Assembly: GCA_016865865.1 (NCBI GenBank)
Contig: VGOC01000006.1
Coordinates: 1 to 63,355 of the forward strand
Source: Chloroflexota bacterium
GTDB taxonomy: Bacteria > Chloroflexota > Anaerolineae > Anaerolineales > UBA11858
Direction of reading: 5' to 3'
DNA length: 63,355 bases
Part shown: positions 9,409-19,246 of the stretch, piece after piece
Position numbering within the stretch: the stretch's first letter is position 1
Layout of the letters: each line of letters opens with the position of its first letter
Translations under genes and position numbers: made by a program
The notes under the pieces: model-generated
What the model saw: only the letters and a program-made list of their open reading frames with translations
Told to the model about the DNA's origin: nothing
Databases searched by the model: none

Positions 9409-10947
9409 TCATGATCTTAACCCCGGACGGAGCGTGGGATACTCAGGGATTGCGCGCCCAAGAGTAGTCCGCCCGACCAGTTCCGCCGTCACCTGCTCGC
9501 GGTAGCCGACCGAATTGTAGGCGCAAAATGGGATCATCCGCCCATCGGGGGTCAGGAAGTTCAGGCAGCATTTCATGGCATTCTTCATGTGGAAGGTCCA
9601 GGGGTCCATGAAATCGCGGATACCGACCATGAAGATGTGCCGTCCCAGGTCGCGCGGGGTGTGCTGGTTGATCGGCAGGTGGGTATGGCAGGAGGGGCAG
9701 CGTTCGGCGGCGCGGCTGTTTTCCAGTGACGTCTCCCCGAGGGCAGCGGCCAGGTCCAAATAGAGACCTTCCGAGCCGACCTGGGTTGAGGAACTCCACA
9801 GCCGCTCCAGGATCTGGCGCAGGTCTTCGTTTATCGCAGGCACAGAGCGGTTCTGGAGGTAATCCAGGTATTGTTCCACCGGCAGCACCCGCGGCGCCGG
9901 CAGCACGCTGTCGCCCTGGATCATGGCATAGGTGACGAAGTGGCAGACCGGCATACAGCACGGCACGGGGACGAAATCCTTCAAGGTGAATAAACCTTTC
10001 GACTGCGTTTCGATGGAGGAGACGATATCCGGGATGGTCAGGCGCGTCAGCGGATCGGCGGGGATGTGGCGCTGGGCGCGCATCGCGCAGTGGAAACTGA
10101 TCCCGAAGACCGCCGGGTGGCGCAGGCTGAATTCCAGGATGCGCCCGACCTCCTGCTCATTCACCCCGCGCTCGATGACCGCCACCAGCACCACGCGCAC
10201 ATCCGCCTCGGCCAGGCGCTCGAGGGCGCGCAGTTTTTCATCCAGCAAGTCGGATTTGCCGCGCAGGAGGCGGTTGGTCTGCGGCTCGAAGCCGTCGAAT
10301 TGCAGGTAGATGTGCGGCTTGAGTTTTGCGATGCCAGCCAGGAATTCGTCGTCGCGGGCAATGCGGATGCCGTTGGTGTTGAGCATCACATAGGAAATTC
10401 CCTTGCGCTGCGCCAAGGCGATGAAATCCAGGATCTGGGGATGCAGGGTCGGCTCGCCGCCGGAGAATTGCAGCACCTCCGGGTTGTTCTCCGAGGCGAT
10501 GAAGGTATCCAGCATGAAATTGACCTGCTCATGGGTCAGTTCGTAACCGCTGTGTTCATGGCGGTGTTTCGTCCCGGCGTTGGCGAAGCACAGCGGGCAA
10601 TCCAGGTTGCAGAGGTTGTTGACCTCGATCACCCCCAGGCAGGCGTGTTGCTGATGGTCAGTACACAGGCCGCAGTCGTATGGACAGCCTTCGCGCACTT
10701 CGGTGGCATGGCGGCGCGGCAGCGTGCCAGGTTTGTTGAAGCGGGCGATGTCGGTATAGAGTCCGGCATCCCCGAAGATCAGGGCTTCGAAAGGGCCGTG
10801 TTGCGGGCAGCGTTTTCGCAGATACACCTTCCCATCGCGCAGGTACACCTGGCCGTCAATCACCTGCTTGCAGGTCGGGCACAGGCTGCGGGTGTACTCC
10901 CACAAGATTTCACCTCGCTCGCTGGGAGGGTGAGGACTTGTCACCAT
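9409..10947 (-). CDS. Radical SAM enzyme, MJ0619/tetraether synthase (Tes, GDGT-MAS) family homolog
   Basis: N-terminal CPTC...CPQHG, GCPYDCGLCTDH, CNLDCPLC rSAM motif, SGGEPT, C-terminal KCC...DGRMIPFCAYN. Confidence 0.85.
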   Translation of the reverse strand: MVTSPHPPSERGEILWEYTRSLCPTCKQVIDGQVYLRDGKVYLRKRCPQHGPFEALIFGDAGLYTDIARFNKPGTLPRRHATEVREGCPYDCGLCTDHQQHACLGVIEVNNLCNLDCPLCFANAGTKHRHEHSGYELTHEQVNFMLDTFIASENNPEVLQFSGGEPTLHPQILDFIALAQRKGISYVMLNTNGIRIARDDEFLAGIAKLKPHIYLQFDGFEPQTNRLLRGKSDLLDEKLRALERLAEADVRVVLVAVIERGVNEQEVGRILEFSLRHPAVFGISFHCAMRAQRHIPADPLTRLTIPDIVSSIETQSKGLFTLKDFVPVPCCMPVCHFVTYAMIQGDSVLPAPRVLPVEQYLDYLQNRSVPAINEDLRQILERLWSSSTQVGSEGLYLDLAAALGETSLENSRAAERCPSCHTHLPINQHTPRDLGRHIFMVGIRDFMDPWTFHMKNAMKCCLNFLTPDGRMIPFCAYNSVGYREQVTAELVGRTTLGRAIPEYPTLRPGLRS

Positions 10948-11294
10948 AAGGTGGCCCCTGCCTCAGTCCAGGCGTAGATGAAGAAACAAACCACCCCGGC
11001 GATGATGCTCAAAATAATTGCCAGGCTGTTCAGCCCGGCGAAAGTCCCCAGCATCCCTAAGGCGATCCACTGGCGGGTGAGGGCGAAGTAGATGACCACT
11101 CCGATGTTCACCAGGAAGGGCAGAATTTGCCAGAAACCCATGAGAGCGGCAAGCGCGTAATCCTCAGTGAGCGATGAGGCCAACATGGTCAGAGGGTAGA
11201 GGAGGGCATTCAGGCCGACGAAGAGTATTACCCCGAAGATGAAATCACGCTTTTTTTCAGCGCAGTTCTCGTAGATTTTCTTTTGAAGTTTCAT
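10941..11294 (-). CDS. Small 3-TM membrane protein with a Cys ending the last helix (AGVVC)
   Basis: Hydrophobic 117 aa; GGAGG RBS; overlaps the rSAM start. Confidence 0.75.
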   Translation of the reverse strand: MKLQKKIYENCAEKKRDFIFGVILFVGLNALLYPLTMLASSLTEDYALAALMGFWQILPFLVNIGVVIYFALTRQWIALGMLGTFAGLNSLAIILSIIAGVVCFFIYAWTEAGATLW

Positions 11295-11361
11295 AGTGCT
11301 GCCTCCAATCGCAACTAAAAGCTCACCGCTATTGCCTACACATCGGGTATGGAAATCCGAC

Positions 11362-12127
11362 CTACGCCGCCGCCACTTGCCTCGACCGCCTGTAGTGGTT
11401 GGCGTAATACAGCCCGATGACCAGCAGCAGCCCCAGGCAGAACCATTGCTGCCCGGTCAACCCCCACCAAAGGATGCGGTTGTTACGCAGGAATTCGACG
11501 AAGAATCGGAATACCGCGTACCCCGCCAGGCCGAATTTCAGGAGATTGCCATCCTGCATCCGTGGATGGTTGCGCAGGGACAGCAGGACGCCGAACCAGG
11601 CCAGGTTGAAAGCCGCGTCGTAGAGCGGCGTGGGGTGCACCGCGAAATCCGCGTCCGGCAGCAGGACGCCCCTGGGCAGGGTGGTGGGCTTTCCCAGCCC
11701 GTCCTCGCCCGCCAGGAAGCAGCCGAAGCGCCCGACCACCATTGCCAGGGCCATGGCTGGAGCGAAGGCGTCGCAGGCGCAGCCGGCCTTGCCGATGGCA
11801 CGGCTGGCGATGAATCCAGCGATATAGGCCCCTGCCACCCCACCCAGGATGGGGCCGGGGCCGATGCGCGGGTCGAAGAGACGGAAGAAATCCAACGCCA
11901 GCAGCGCGGTCTCCCAGCCGTTGAAGAAGACGATGGAAACCCGCGCCCCGATCATCCCCCCCGACGAACGCGGCCAGGGTGATGGGGATGACCTCTTCCC
12001 TTGGCCATCGGCGGCGGGATTCCGATAACAACACCAGCGCGCAGACCACCAGCGCCAGGTTCAGGAAGAAACCATGTGCATGAATGGGAATGCCATTGAA
12101 TACGAACAGGATAGGATACAAGAGCAC
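11362..12127 (-). pseudogene. Prolipoprotein diacylglyceryl transferase (Lgt)-like gene with a +1 frameshift in a G7 run
   Basis: YPILF..HGFF N-terminus in one frame; GGVAG, GRFGCFLAG, HPTPLY, RFFVEFLR in the next frame; C7 at 11956-11962 (six bases would restore VGGMIGAR). Confidence 0.8.
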
Positions 12128-12203
12128 TTCCTTAATTCAAATGGCGGCGATGATGGAGAATATATTAAACCCCCCAGGCAGAGCACATTACTTTTATAGC
12201 ATT

Positions 12204-12330
12204 AATGAGTCCACTGCAAAAACTGCGAGCAGAGGATTCGGGGCGGCATATATGGGGGTGCGTGCTGCGCACGCACCCCCATATATGCCGCCCCGCCCCC
12301 TCGTTCAGGAGTTTTTTCAGTGAATTCATT
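12204..12330. mobile_element. MITE-like palindromic element, type A copy 1
   Basis: TIR cactgcaaaaact / agttttttcagtg; perfect 27-bp central arms 12239-12295 with TGC loop. Confidence 0.8.
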
Positions 12331-12446
12331 GATCTCACTAGATTACAAGAGGTCAGGGCGTTCTTAAAGTCTGAAAGGCTGTCATTACGAGGCGGTCTTT
12401 ACCAAAGCAATCCCCAAATATGGCAGGGTGTAAATCGCCACCAGGA

Positions 12447-12668
12447 CGTTTCCCGACCTGTACCCCGATGTGATCTCCTCCCTGGGCGGACTGGAAGGCC
12501 TATTGGCGATCCTGTGTCTGCGCTTGGCCTCGGGCGCAGATCAGGAAAGCGAGTTGGAACTGCTGCGGCTGTCTACATTGGCCTGGAGGCAGAGGCGGTC
12601 GTCGCGCACATCTGCCGCGACCTGGGATCCTTCGTCGCAGATGCCCCCCAGGCGGATGATATTTCACT
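12447..12668 (+). pseudogene. Internally deleted remnant of a paralog of the SpoIIE phosphatase at 5596-7971
   Basis: Matches ~7034-7151 (EGLLAILCLRLA..ESELELL) joined directly to 7843-7949 (IGLEAEA..APQADDISL). Confidence 0.85.
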
Positions 12669-15600
12669 AATTTGCAACTCCTGCCCCACATTCAGGAACA
12701 CCAGCAAAACCCGCGGGCGCTGACCGAGTAGTTTGGCGACCGCCTCAGCGTAACGCTGCACCTGCTCAGCGTACTCTTCTCGTTGGATCGTATCACGTAT
12801 TTCAGCCTCGGAGCGCAATTCATCGGTTTTGAAGTCTGCGACCACCCATTCGCTCCCTGAGCGGTAGAGGAGGTCAATGTAGCCGTGGCCTTCGGGAGAA
12901 AAGTAGGGAACTTCGTGATGGCGTTCTGCGGAGTCGAGTTCGCGGAAGAGAGAATGGGCGCGCAGGCGTTGGAGCAGGCGGCGGGATTCGTGAATGGCGG
13001 CGCGGATTTCATCCTCGGCAGTCAGCCCAGATTCGAGAGCGAAGGGGCGGAGGAAGGTTTCGAGATCGTCGAAGCGCCAGCGGCGGAGGGCTTCGTGGAC
13101 GAGTCGTCCGACCAGCCAGGCGGGGGCGCGGGGACGTTTGGTTTTGGAAACGATGCGCCAGACGCGTTGGGGAGGGTCGCTCTCGCGGGCGCGGGTTTTG
13201 TCGTCGGTGGGAGAAGGAGTCGGGGCGAGGGGCGGGAGGAGATCGGGCTCGGGGGGAGAGTCGGATTGGGAGGCCGCGTTCCGCGCGGGGGAGTCGGATG
13301 CGTCGGCTGGGGAGGAGGAAGAGATCGAGGCGGAGATTCCGTCTGGGAGGAGGGGAGGCTCGGGCGTAGACATCCCGCGTAAAAAATCGAAGTGGGGGAG
13401 CCAGCCTTTGAGGGAGAGGCCGTCTTTGGCGGGCTTGACGCCGCCGCTGATGAGGAGTTTTTCTTTGGCGCGGGTCGCGGCGACGTAGAGCAAGCGGGCG
13501 TCTTCAGCGGCGTCGAGATCATCGTTAGCGCGGGAGGCGAGTTGCCAGGCGGTGGCGTGGAAGTCATCGTCGCGGAGGTCGAGGAGGAGGGTGGAAGCGA
13601 GGAGGGTTTTGGCGCGGGCGTGGGGAGGCTCGTAGGCGGCGTCGGCGATGACGACGAGGGGGAACTCGAGGCCTTTGGCTTTGTGGACGGTCATCAGTTG
13701 GACGGCACCTGAGGAGGACGCGTCGGCTGGCGCTTCGCCCTCGCGCAGGCCGACATCGCGCAGGGTCTGGACGTAGGCGAGGAAGTCGGTGAGGGAGACG
13801 AGGCGGGAGCGGTGCGCGTCGGCGAGGAGCTTTTCGACGTTGCGAATCATGCGCGCGCCGTTGGGAACTAAGGAGAGAATGGCACGATAAGATGTGAGGT
13901 CGAGGAAACGTTTGAGAATTGTCGAGGCGGAAGCGCGACCCGCGAGGGCATGGAGTTCTTCGAGGATGGAATAAACGCGTTGATGATTTCGAATCATCGA
14001 ACCGCGAAGACCGCTAAGAACGCTAAGAAATTCTATTGGTTTTTCTTCGCGACCTTCGCGTGCTTCGCGGTTAATCTCTGGAACGCGCAGGCGATAGATT
14101 TCGGGATCGGGAATCGCGAAGGCGGGAGAACGGAGCAAGCCTACGAGAGCAAGGTCGTCGGTGGGGTCGGCGATGGCGGCGAGGGCGTTGAGCAGGTCGC
14201 GGATTTCGGGGCGGTCGTAGAAGCCGCGTCCCGCGATGGTGACGAAGGGGATGTGCGCGACTTCGAGCGCGGATTCGTAGACAGGGAAGGTCATGGAGGA
14301 ACGGAAGAGCAGAGCCATCTCGCCGTAGTCGAATCCTTCGGTTTCGTGGAGTTGGCGGAGGCGATTCGCGAGGGCTTGCGCGGCGGACTGGCGTCCTTCT
14401 TCGGCTGAGTCGCCGAGGCCGAGGTGAAATTCGATGAAGGGAGGTCGGATTTTTTCGCGTTTGGGGTTTTGACGATAGGCGCGGAGAGGCGCAAAGGGGA
14501 CGAGGTAGGGACGCGCGGGGTCATCCGCTTCACCGAGGATGGGAGCGAGGAGAGAGTTGAGGGAGTCGAGGAGGGGTTTGTGGGCGCGGAAGGTGAGGTC
14601 GAGGTCAATGAGTTGTCCGCCCGCGGATTGGATATCGGATTGCACTTTGCGAAAGACGGTGACATCGGCTTGACGAAAGCGGTAGATGGATTGTTTGGAA
14701 TCGCCGACGATGAAGAGGTCAACACCCGCCCTCACCCCCGACCCCTCTCCCAATGCTGGGAGAGGGGAGAAATTCGTCAGCGCGTAGACGATTTTTCGCT
14801 GGCGGTCGTTGGTGTCCTGGAATTCGTCCACGAGGACAGCGCGGAGTTCGGACTGCCATTGGGCGCGGACGGAGGGATGGTCGGTGAGGAGGCTGGCAGT
14901 GAGGGATTCAAGGTCGTCGAAGTCGAGGGCTTGACGTTCATCTTTGCGGGTTTGGTACTCACGCAGGGTCTGGTCGAAGAGGCGGCAGACAGCGGGGAGG
15001 AACGCGGCAACCTGTTCGTCGAGGGCAAAGCGGGATTTTTCGGCGAGGAATTTGAGATTCTCATCATAGAGATCGCGCAAGATTTTCATCGCTTCACGGA
15101 CGGTTTCGATGTCGTCCCAGTTGGCTTTTTGTCCCTGCGTGGAGATGGCTTTGCGGAGGGCGGTCAGGTTTTCGAGAATCGCGTCCCACTCTTGCGCGGC
15201 GCGGGATTTTTGGATTTCGTTCCATGCGGCGAGAACGGATTGGCGGGCGAGTTCAAGTTTGTCTTCGGGGGATTTGGAACGAAGAGAAGTGAGAACAGAA
15301 AGAGAGTCAAGCCATGTTTGCGAATCAAGATGAGTGGCGAGATGGGAGTTAAGGGATAAGGCAAATGCGGTACACGGATTTGACGGATTACGCGGATTCT
15401 CACGGATTTCTATTTGTTTTTCTCCATGCAATTCCGTGAAATCTGTGTCATCCGTGTACAAAGGTTGAACGTCCAGCCTGCGGTTCATCAAAGCGTTGAG
15501 AATCTGTCGCAGTTCGTTTTCTTTGAACGCGCCGAATAGCGCGGCGGATGGTTCATCGCCTGTCGCCCAGGCGAGGGCAGATTCAACGGCCTCGGCTTGC

Positions 15601-16013
15601 AAGGCGGAGGCGAGTCCTTCTTCGAGGACTTCAAAGGCGGGGTCGAGTCCCGCTTCAGCGGGATGAGAGCGAAGGAGTTCGGCGCAGAGAGAGTGGATAG
15701 TTCCTATGCGGGCAGAATCGAATGATGAAGGATGAATGATGAAGGATGAATTTTTGTCTTGCGAAACATCAGTCGAAGAACGAGATAGAGAATCGCGAAT
15801 CCGCGAGCGCATTTCACGCGCGGCTTTTTCGGTGAAGGTGATGGCGAGGATGGAGCGGATTGAGTAGCCTTGTTCGAGCAAATGCAGGTAGCGCCCCACC
15901 AGCGAGAGGGTTTTTCCTGAACCCGCGCCAGCCGTAACCGCGATGGCGCGCGCGGAATCGGTGACGGCTTTTTCCTGGTTGCCTTTGAAGGAGAATTGCA
16001 AAAGGAGCGACAT
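12573..16013 (-). CDS. addA: AddA-like UvrD helicase with C-terminal PD-(D/E)XK nuclease
   Basis: AGAGSGKT, TFTEKAAREM, VDEFQDT, VGDSKQSIYRFR, MTVHKAKGLEF, YVAATRA, GYIDLL..DFKT; start overlaps the addB-like stop (TGATG). Confidence 0.85.
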   Translation of the reverse strand: MSLLLQFSFKGNQEKAVTDSARAIAVTAGAGSGKTLSLVGRYLHLLEQGYSIRSILAITFTEKAAREMRSRIRDSLSRSSTDVSQDKNSSFIIHPSSFDSARIGTIHSLCAELLRSHPAEAGLDPAFEVLEEGLASALQAEAVESALAWATGDEPSAALFGAFKENELRQILNALMNRRLDVQPLYTDDTDFTELHGEKQIEIRENPRNPSNPCTAFALSLNSHLATHLDSQTWLDSLSVLTSLRSKSPEDKLELARQSVLAAWNEIQKSRAAQEWDAILENLTALRKAISTQGQKANWDDIETVREAMKILRDLYDENLKFLAEKSRFALDEQVAAFLPAVCRLFDQTLREYQTRKDERQALDFDDLESLTASLLTDHPSVRAQWQSELRAVLVDEFQDTNDRQRKIVYALTNFSPLPALGEGSGVRAGVDLFIVGDSKQSIYRFRQADVTVFRKVQSDIQSAGGQLIDLDLTFRAHKPLLDSLNSLLAPILGEADDPARPYLVPFAPLRAYRQNPKREKIRPPFIEFHLGLGDSAEEGRQSAAQALANRLRQLHETEGFDYGEMALLFRSSMTFPVYESALEVAHIPFVTIAGRGFYDRPEIRDLLNALAAIADPTDDLALVGLLRSPAFAIPDPEIYRLRVPEINREAREGREEKPIEFLSVLSGLRGSMIRNHQRVYSILEELHALAGRASASTILKRFLDLTSYRAILSLVPNGARMIRNVEKLLADAHRSRLVSLTDFLAYVQTLRDVGLREGEAPADASSSGAVQLMTVHKAKGLEFPLVVIADAAYEPPHARAKTLLASTLLLDLRDDDFHATAWQLASRANDDLDAAEDARLLYVAATRAKEKLLISGGVKPAKDGLSLKGWLPHFDFLRGMSTPEPPLLPDGISASISSSSPADASDSPARNAASQSDSPPEPDLLPPLAPTPSPTDDKTRARESDPPQRVWRIVSKTKRPRAPAWLVGRLVHEALRRWRFDDLETFLRPFALESGLTAEDEIRAAIHESRRLLQRLRAHSLFRELDSAERHHEVPYFSPEGHGYIDLLYRSGSEWVVADFKTDELRSEAEIRDTIQREEYAEQVQRYAEAVAKLLGQRPRVLLVFLNVGQELQISEISSAWGASATKDPRSRQMCATTASASRPM

Positions 16014-19000
16014 CAATACCCTCTCTTGTATCTCCAACAATAATTCGTCGCGGGACAATAACTTGGACAACCTTCGTCAGGCGGTTTCGGCTCGAAGTGT
16101 CCCGCGCGAATTCCCTTCACGTGATTCACCACATGTGCGACAGCCGTCTCGAACGCGCCGTTCACACCGCCGTCGAATTTCTCCAGCTTCAAACTGCTCG
16201 GCGCGGCTGAACCAATGTGCCAATAGAATCCGCTCGACACTTCGCCCAAGCCCAACGCGTCGCGCGCCGCCATCGCGTAGATCGGCAATTGCAACCTGCG
16301 CCCCTCTTTCAAATGCGTCGCGCTAATCGCCGCGCTGCCCGACTTGTAATCAATCACGCGCAACGTCCCATCGGGCGCGGCGTCGAGTCGGTCAATGTAA
16401 CCGTGCAATCGAATCTCGCCAATCGAAGTTTTCAAAACCAACGAAGGCTGTCCCATCCCGAAGCGCGCTTCCATTACACGCGGCGCGAATCCCTGCGACG
16501 CCTCGTCCAGCGCGGCAATTGTCTTCTCCAACATTCTCGTAAATTCTTTTTGCTCGACCTCCCACAACGCTGTCGGACGAAAACCATACTCAACGGGCGC
16601 TCTCGAAAAAACCTCCTGCGCGGCTTCCGTTAACGGTTTGCCGTTGTAATATTCCTCCAGAACCTTATGCCACATCGAACCGAGCATACGAATATCGTAC
16701 CCCTCCTCCGCCTCCTCCCTCGGCTTCAATTCCAACGCATACGCGACAAAAAACTCAAAGGGGCAAGTCCCATAACTTTCGAGTCGGCTCGCGCTCCATC
16801 CATGCCCCGCGCCGAACCTCTCGCTCAGATCGAACAACCCGCCCTCATATTTCCCCTCCGCCTTCGGACTCGTCCGCGCCCGCAGCGCTTCGATCCCATT
16901 TTGGATGTGGATGTCCCGCAGGGCCCGCGCCGATTCCACCCATTCGACTCTCGACGCCGCCTCAGCCGACTCCACCTCCCCGACCACGCTTCTCACCTGA
17001 CGTTTGGCCGGGTCGCCGTTTAGACGCGTTACCTCCGCCCAAAACGGGGACGCCTCCCACGCCTGCCCATCCTCCGCGAGATACGGACGCGTGAGTAGCA
17101 GCCTCCGCCGTCCGCGTGTGACGGCTTGATAGAAAAACGTTGCTTCGTCGCCGTGCAATTTGGTTTCGAGGGGAAGTCCGCGTTCGCGCAGAGTTGCTCG
17201 ATCAGACTCGCGCAGGAAAATATCTTCCCGTTCCTGCTTCGGGAATTCACCATCCGAGAGTCCCATCAATACAACAGCCTCGAACGACAACCCGCGCCCA
17301 TCCAACACCGACGCGACGAACACGCCCGACTCAGCAGGAACAGTAAAAGTTGCCGCGTCCACCGCGCCGCGCAGGTCTTTGTGGAAATCCGCGTAGGGAA
17401 TCGAGTCCGCGCCCAGGACGGATTCTGCCAGAACCAGCCCGCGTAAGATATCCTTGAACGCACGCAACGCAGCGATATCGCGTTCCGAAGTGGAAGGATT
17501 TTCACGAGCACGCCTGACGATGTTCAGCCCATCGCTTTCCCTTGATGAGAATTCGGTCAACAGCGCGGGGTCATCCCCAATCAACAATTCCACAAATGCG
17601 ACGAACTCTTTCATCGAAGCGTGGTTGGGCGGCGCGAGCAGGTCAACGAAGGATTCGAAGGCGGACTCCAAAGCCTCGCCCTGAGCCTGTTGAAGAGTCT
17701 CCAGACTTTGGAGACTCGAAAGTCGGGCACTTTCAGTGTGCTTCGCGAAGACTTTCGAGTCCAAATCGCCTGAAGGTAAGTCTTCTTCAAATTCAGTGAT
17801 CTTCCGCTTCTTCCACAACACAAACGCCTCGCGCCACTGGGACAATCCCTGCATAACCCTACCGACTCGCGAAATCTCATCCAGCGTCGCGGCAGACGCG
17901 GAAGTAATGCCAAGTCCGGTCCAATCGAAGTACGGACTGCGCCACGACTCGACCAACGCGCGTCGAGTCCAATCATCCGCGGGAAGTGAGAGAAGCGAGA
18001 GCAACGCGGCGATGGCGGGATTTTCGATCAGCGGTTGTCCACCCACGATTCGCAACGGAATCCCAAACTCCGCAGCGACTTCTTCGAGAAATGGACGATA
18101 CGGTTCCAAGTCACGCGCCAAAATTGCGACCTCACTCAACTTCATCCCATCTCGAACAACGCGCGCCTTCACCCATCGCAACGCAGCGCGGGCTTCGATG
18201 GCGCGGGTTTGGGCTTCGATGAACTCTATGTCATTGCGAGGAGGGCGTTCTTCCCGACGAAGCAATCTCCGATCAACCGGGGATAACTCCTCGATGGGAG
18301 TCTCCTCATCAACAGGTGATTGCTTCGCCAAAGAACGGCTCGCAATGACATCAAACAGATTGGCTTCTACATTCGCAATACCATTTGAAAGCATGGACGT
18401 GAAATCCATCGCTTCGGGTTGGATGCCGAAAGCAGAAGTGATCGCTTGCTGTGCGCGGTGAAAGCGATGATGTGCGGGGCGGTTCGGGTTTTGCAGGTCG
18501 CCCGTCAGCGTGATGAGGGTCTCTTCGGCGCGGCGGGCTAAATGGGAGAGGACGGCCAATTGCGTGGGATTGAATTCGTCGAAGCCAGAGACGGCTAAGA
18601 GGCGGGTATCCGCTCCGAGGCGCTGCCCTGAGCCTGTCGAAGGGTCGGGATTGGATTCGAGCGCAATCGCGGCCAGCCAGCCGCGCCCTTCGTTGTCCGC
18701 CCAGTTTTGTTTTTGCAGCCAATCCTGGTAGGCTGCGTAGACGCGGGCAATCTCCTCCAGCCGCGCGCCGAGTCCCTTGACCGCGCGGGAAAAATCGTCG
18801 GGGAAGACGCGGGCGCGTTTGAGTTCTTCGATGGCGTTGCGGAGGAGGGAGATGAAGCCTGGCTTGGCGCGCAGCGTCGCGTAGTGACGAATGCCCTCAC
18901 CCCTAGCCCCTCTCCCGAGTACGGGAGAGGGGGACGATTTGCCGCGTTCGCAGAGGTCGTCCACGATGGCGCGGAGCAGGCGAATCCGCACGGAGTCGGG

Positions 19001-19246
19001 CAGGAGCGGGATGGGTTGTCCCGCGCGGATCAAGATTTCGGCGTACAGCGTGTGAAAGGTGTGAACTTCGACCCCCAGCGCGCCGCCCGCCGCGCCCAAC
19101 CGCTGACGAAAGTTCGCCGCCTGAATCGCGTTCGGCACAATGGCGATCACGGGCGCAAACAGCTCCTCCGCCAGCAGTTGACGAATGCGCTGGATGAGGC
19201 GCTCGGTCTTGCCGTGCCCAGCCGGGGCGAGGAGGAATTGAACCAT
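16013..19246 (-). CDS. addB: AddB-like inactive helicase/nuclease subunit with Fe-S Cys motif
   Basis: APAGHGKT, WSASRLESYGTCPFEFF, GYIDRLD..IDYKSG, terminal CPSYCPATNYC. Confidence 0.85.
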   Translation of the reverse strand: MVQFLLAPAGHGKTERLIQRIRQLLAEELFAPVIAIVPNAIQAANFRQRLGAAGGALGVEVHTFHTLYAEILIRAGQPIPLLPDSVRIRLLRAIVDDLCERGKSSPSPVLGRGARGEGIRHYATLRAKPGFISLLRNAIEELKRARVFPDDFSRAVKGLGARLEEIARVYAAYQDWLQKQNWADNEGRGWLAAIALESNPDPSTGSGQRLGADTRLLAVSGFDEFNPTQLAVLSHLARRAEETLITLTGDLQNPNRPAHHRFHRAQQAITSAFGIQPEAMDFTSMLSNGIANVEANLFDVIASRSLAKQSPVDEETPIEELSPVDRRLLRREERPPRNDIEFIEAQTRAIEARAALRWVKARVVRDGMKLSEVAILARDLEPYRPFLEEVAAEFGIPLRIVGGQPLIENPAIAALLSLLSLPADDWTRRALVESWRSPYFDWTGLGITSASAATLDEISRVGRVMQGLSQWREAFVLWKKRKITEFEEDLPSGDLDSKVFAKHTESARLSSLQSLETLQQAQGEALESAFESFVDLLAPPNHASMKEFVAFVELLIGDDPALLTEFSSRESDGLNIVRRARENPSTSERDIAALRAFKDILRGLVLAESVLGADSIPYADFHKDLRGAVDAATFTVPAESGVFVASVLDGRGLSFEAVVLMGLSDGEFPKQEREDIFLRESDRATLRERGLPLETKLHGDEATFFYQAVTRGRRRLLLTRPYLAEDGQAWEASPFWAEVTRLNGDPAKRQVRSVVGEVESAEAASRVEWVESARALRDIHIQNGIEALRARTSPKAEGKYEGGLFDLSERFGAGHGWSASRLESYGTCPFEFFVAYALELKPREEAEEGYDIRMLGSMWHKVLEEYYNGKPLTEAAQEVFSRAPVEYGFRPTALWEVEQKEFTRMLEKTIAALDEASQGFAPRVMEARFGMGQPSLVLKTSIGEIRLHGYIDRLDAAPDGTLRVIDYKSGSAAISATHLKEGRRLQLPIYAMAARDALGLGEVSSGFYWHIGSAAPSSLKLEKFDGGVNGAFETAVAHVVNHVKGIRAGHFEPKPPDEGCPSYCPATNYCWRYKRGY

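Noticed and set aside
12447-12668. Possible DGR template repeat for the SpoIIE gene
   Set aside because: Differences are mostly C/T and G/A transitions and are not adenine-specific, the copy is discontinuous, and no reverse transcriptase is present
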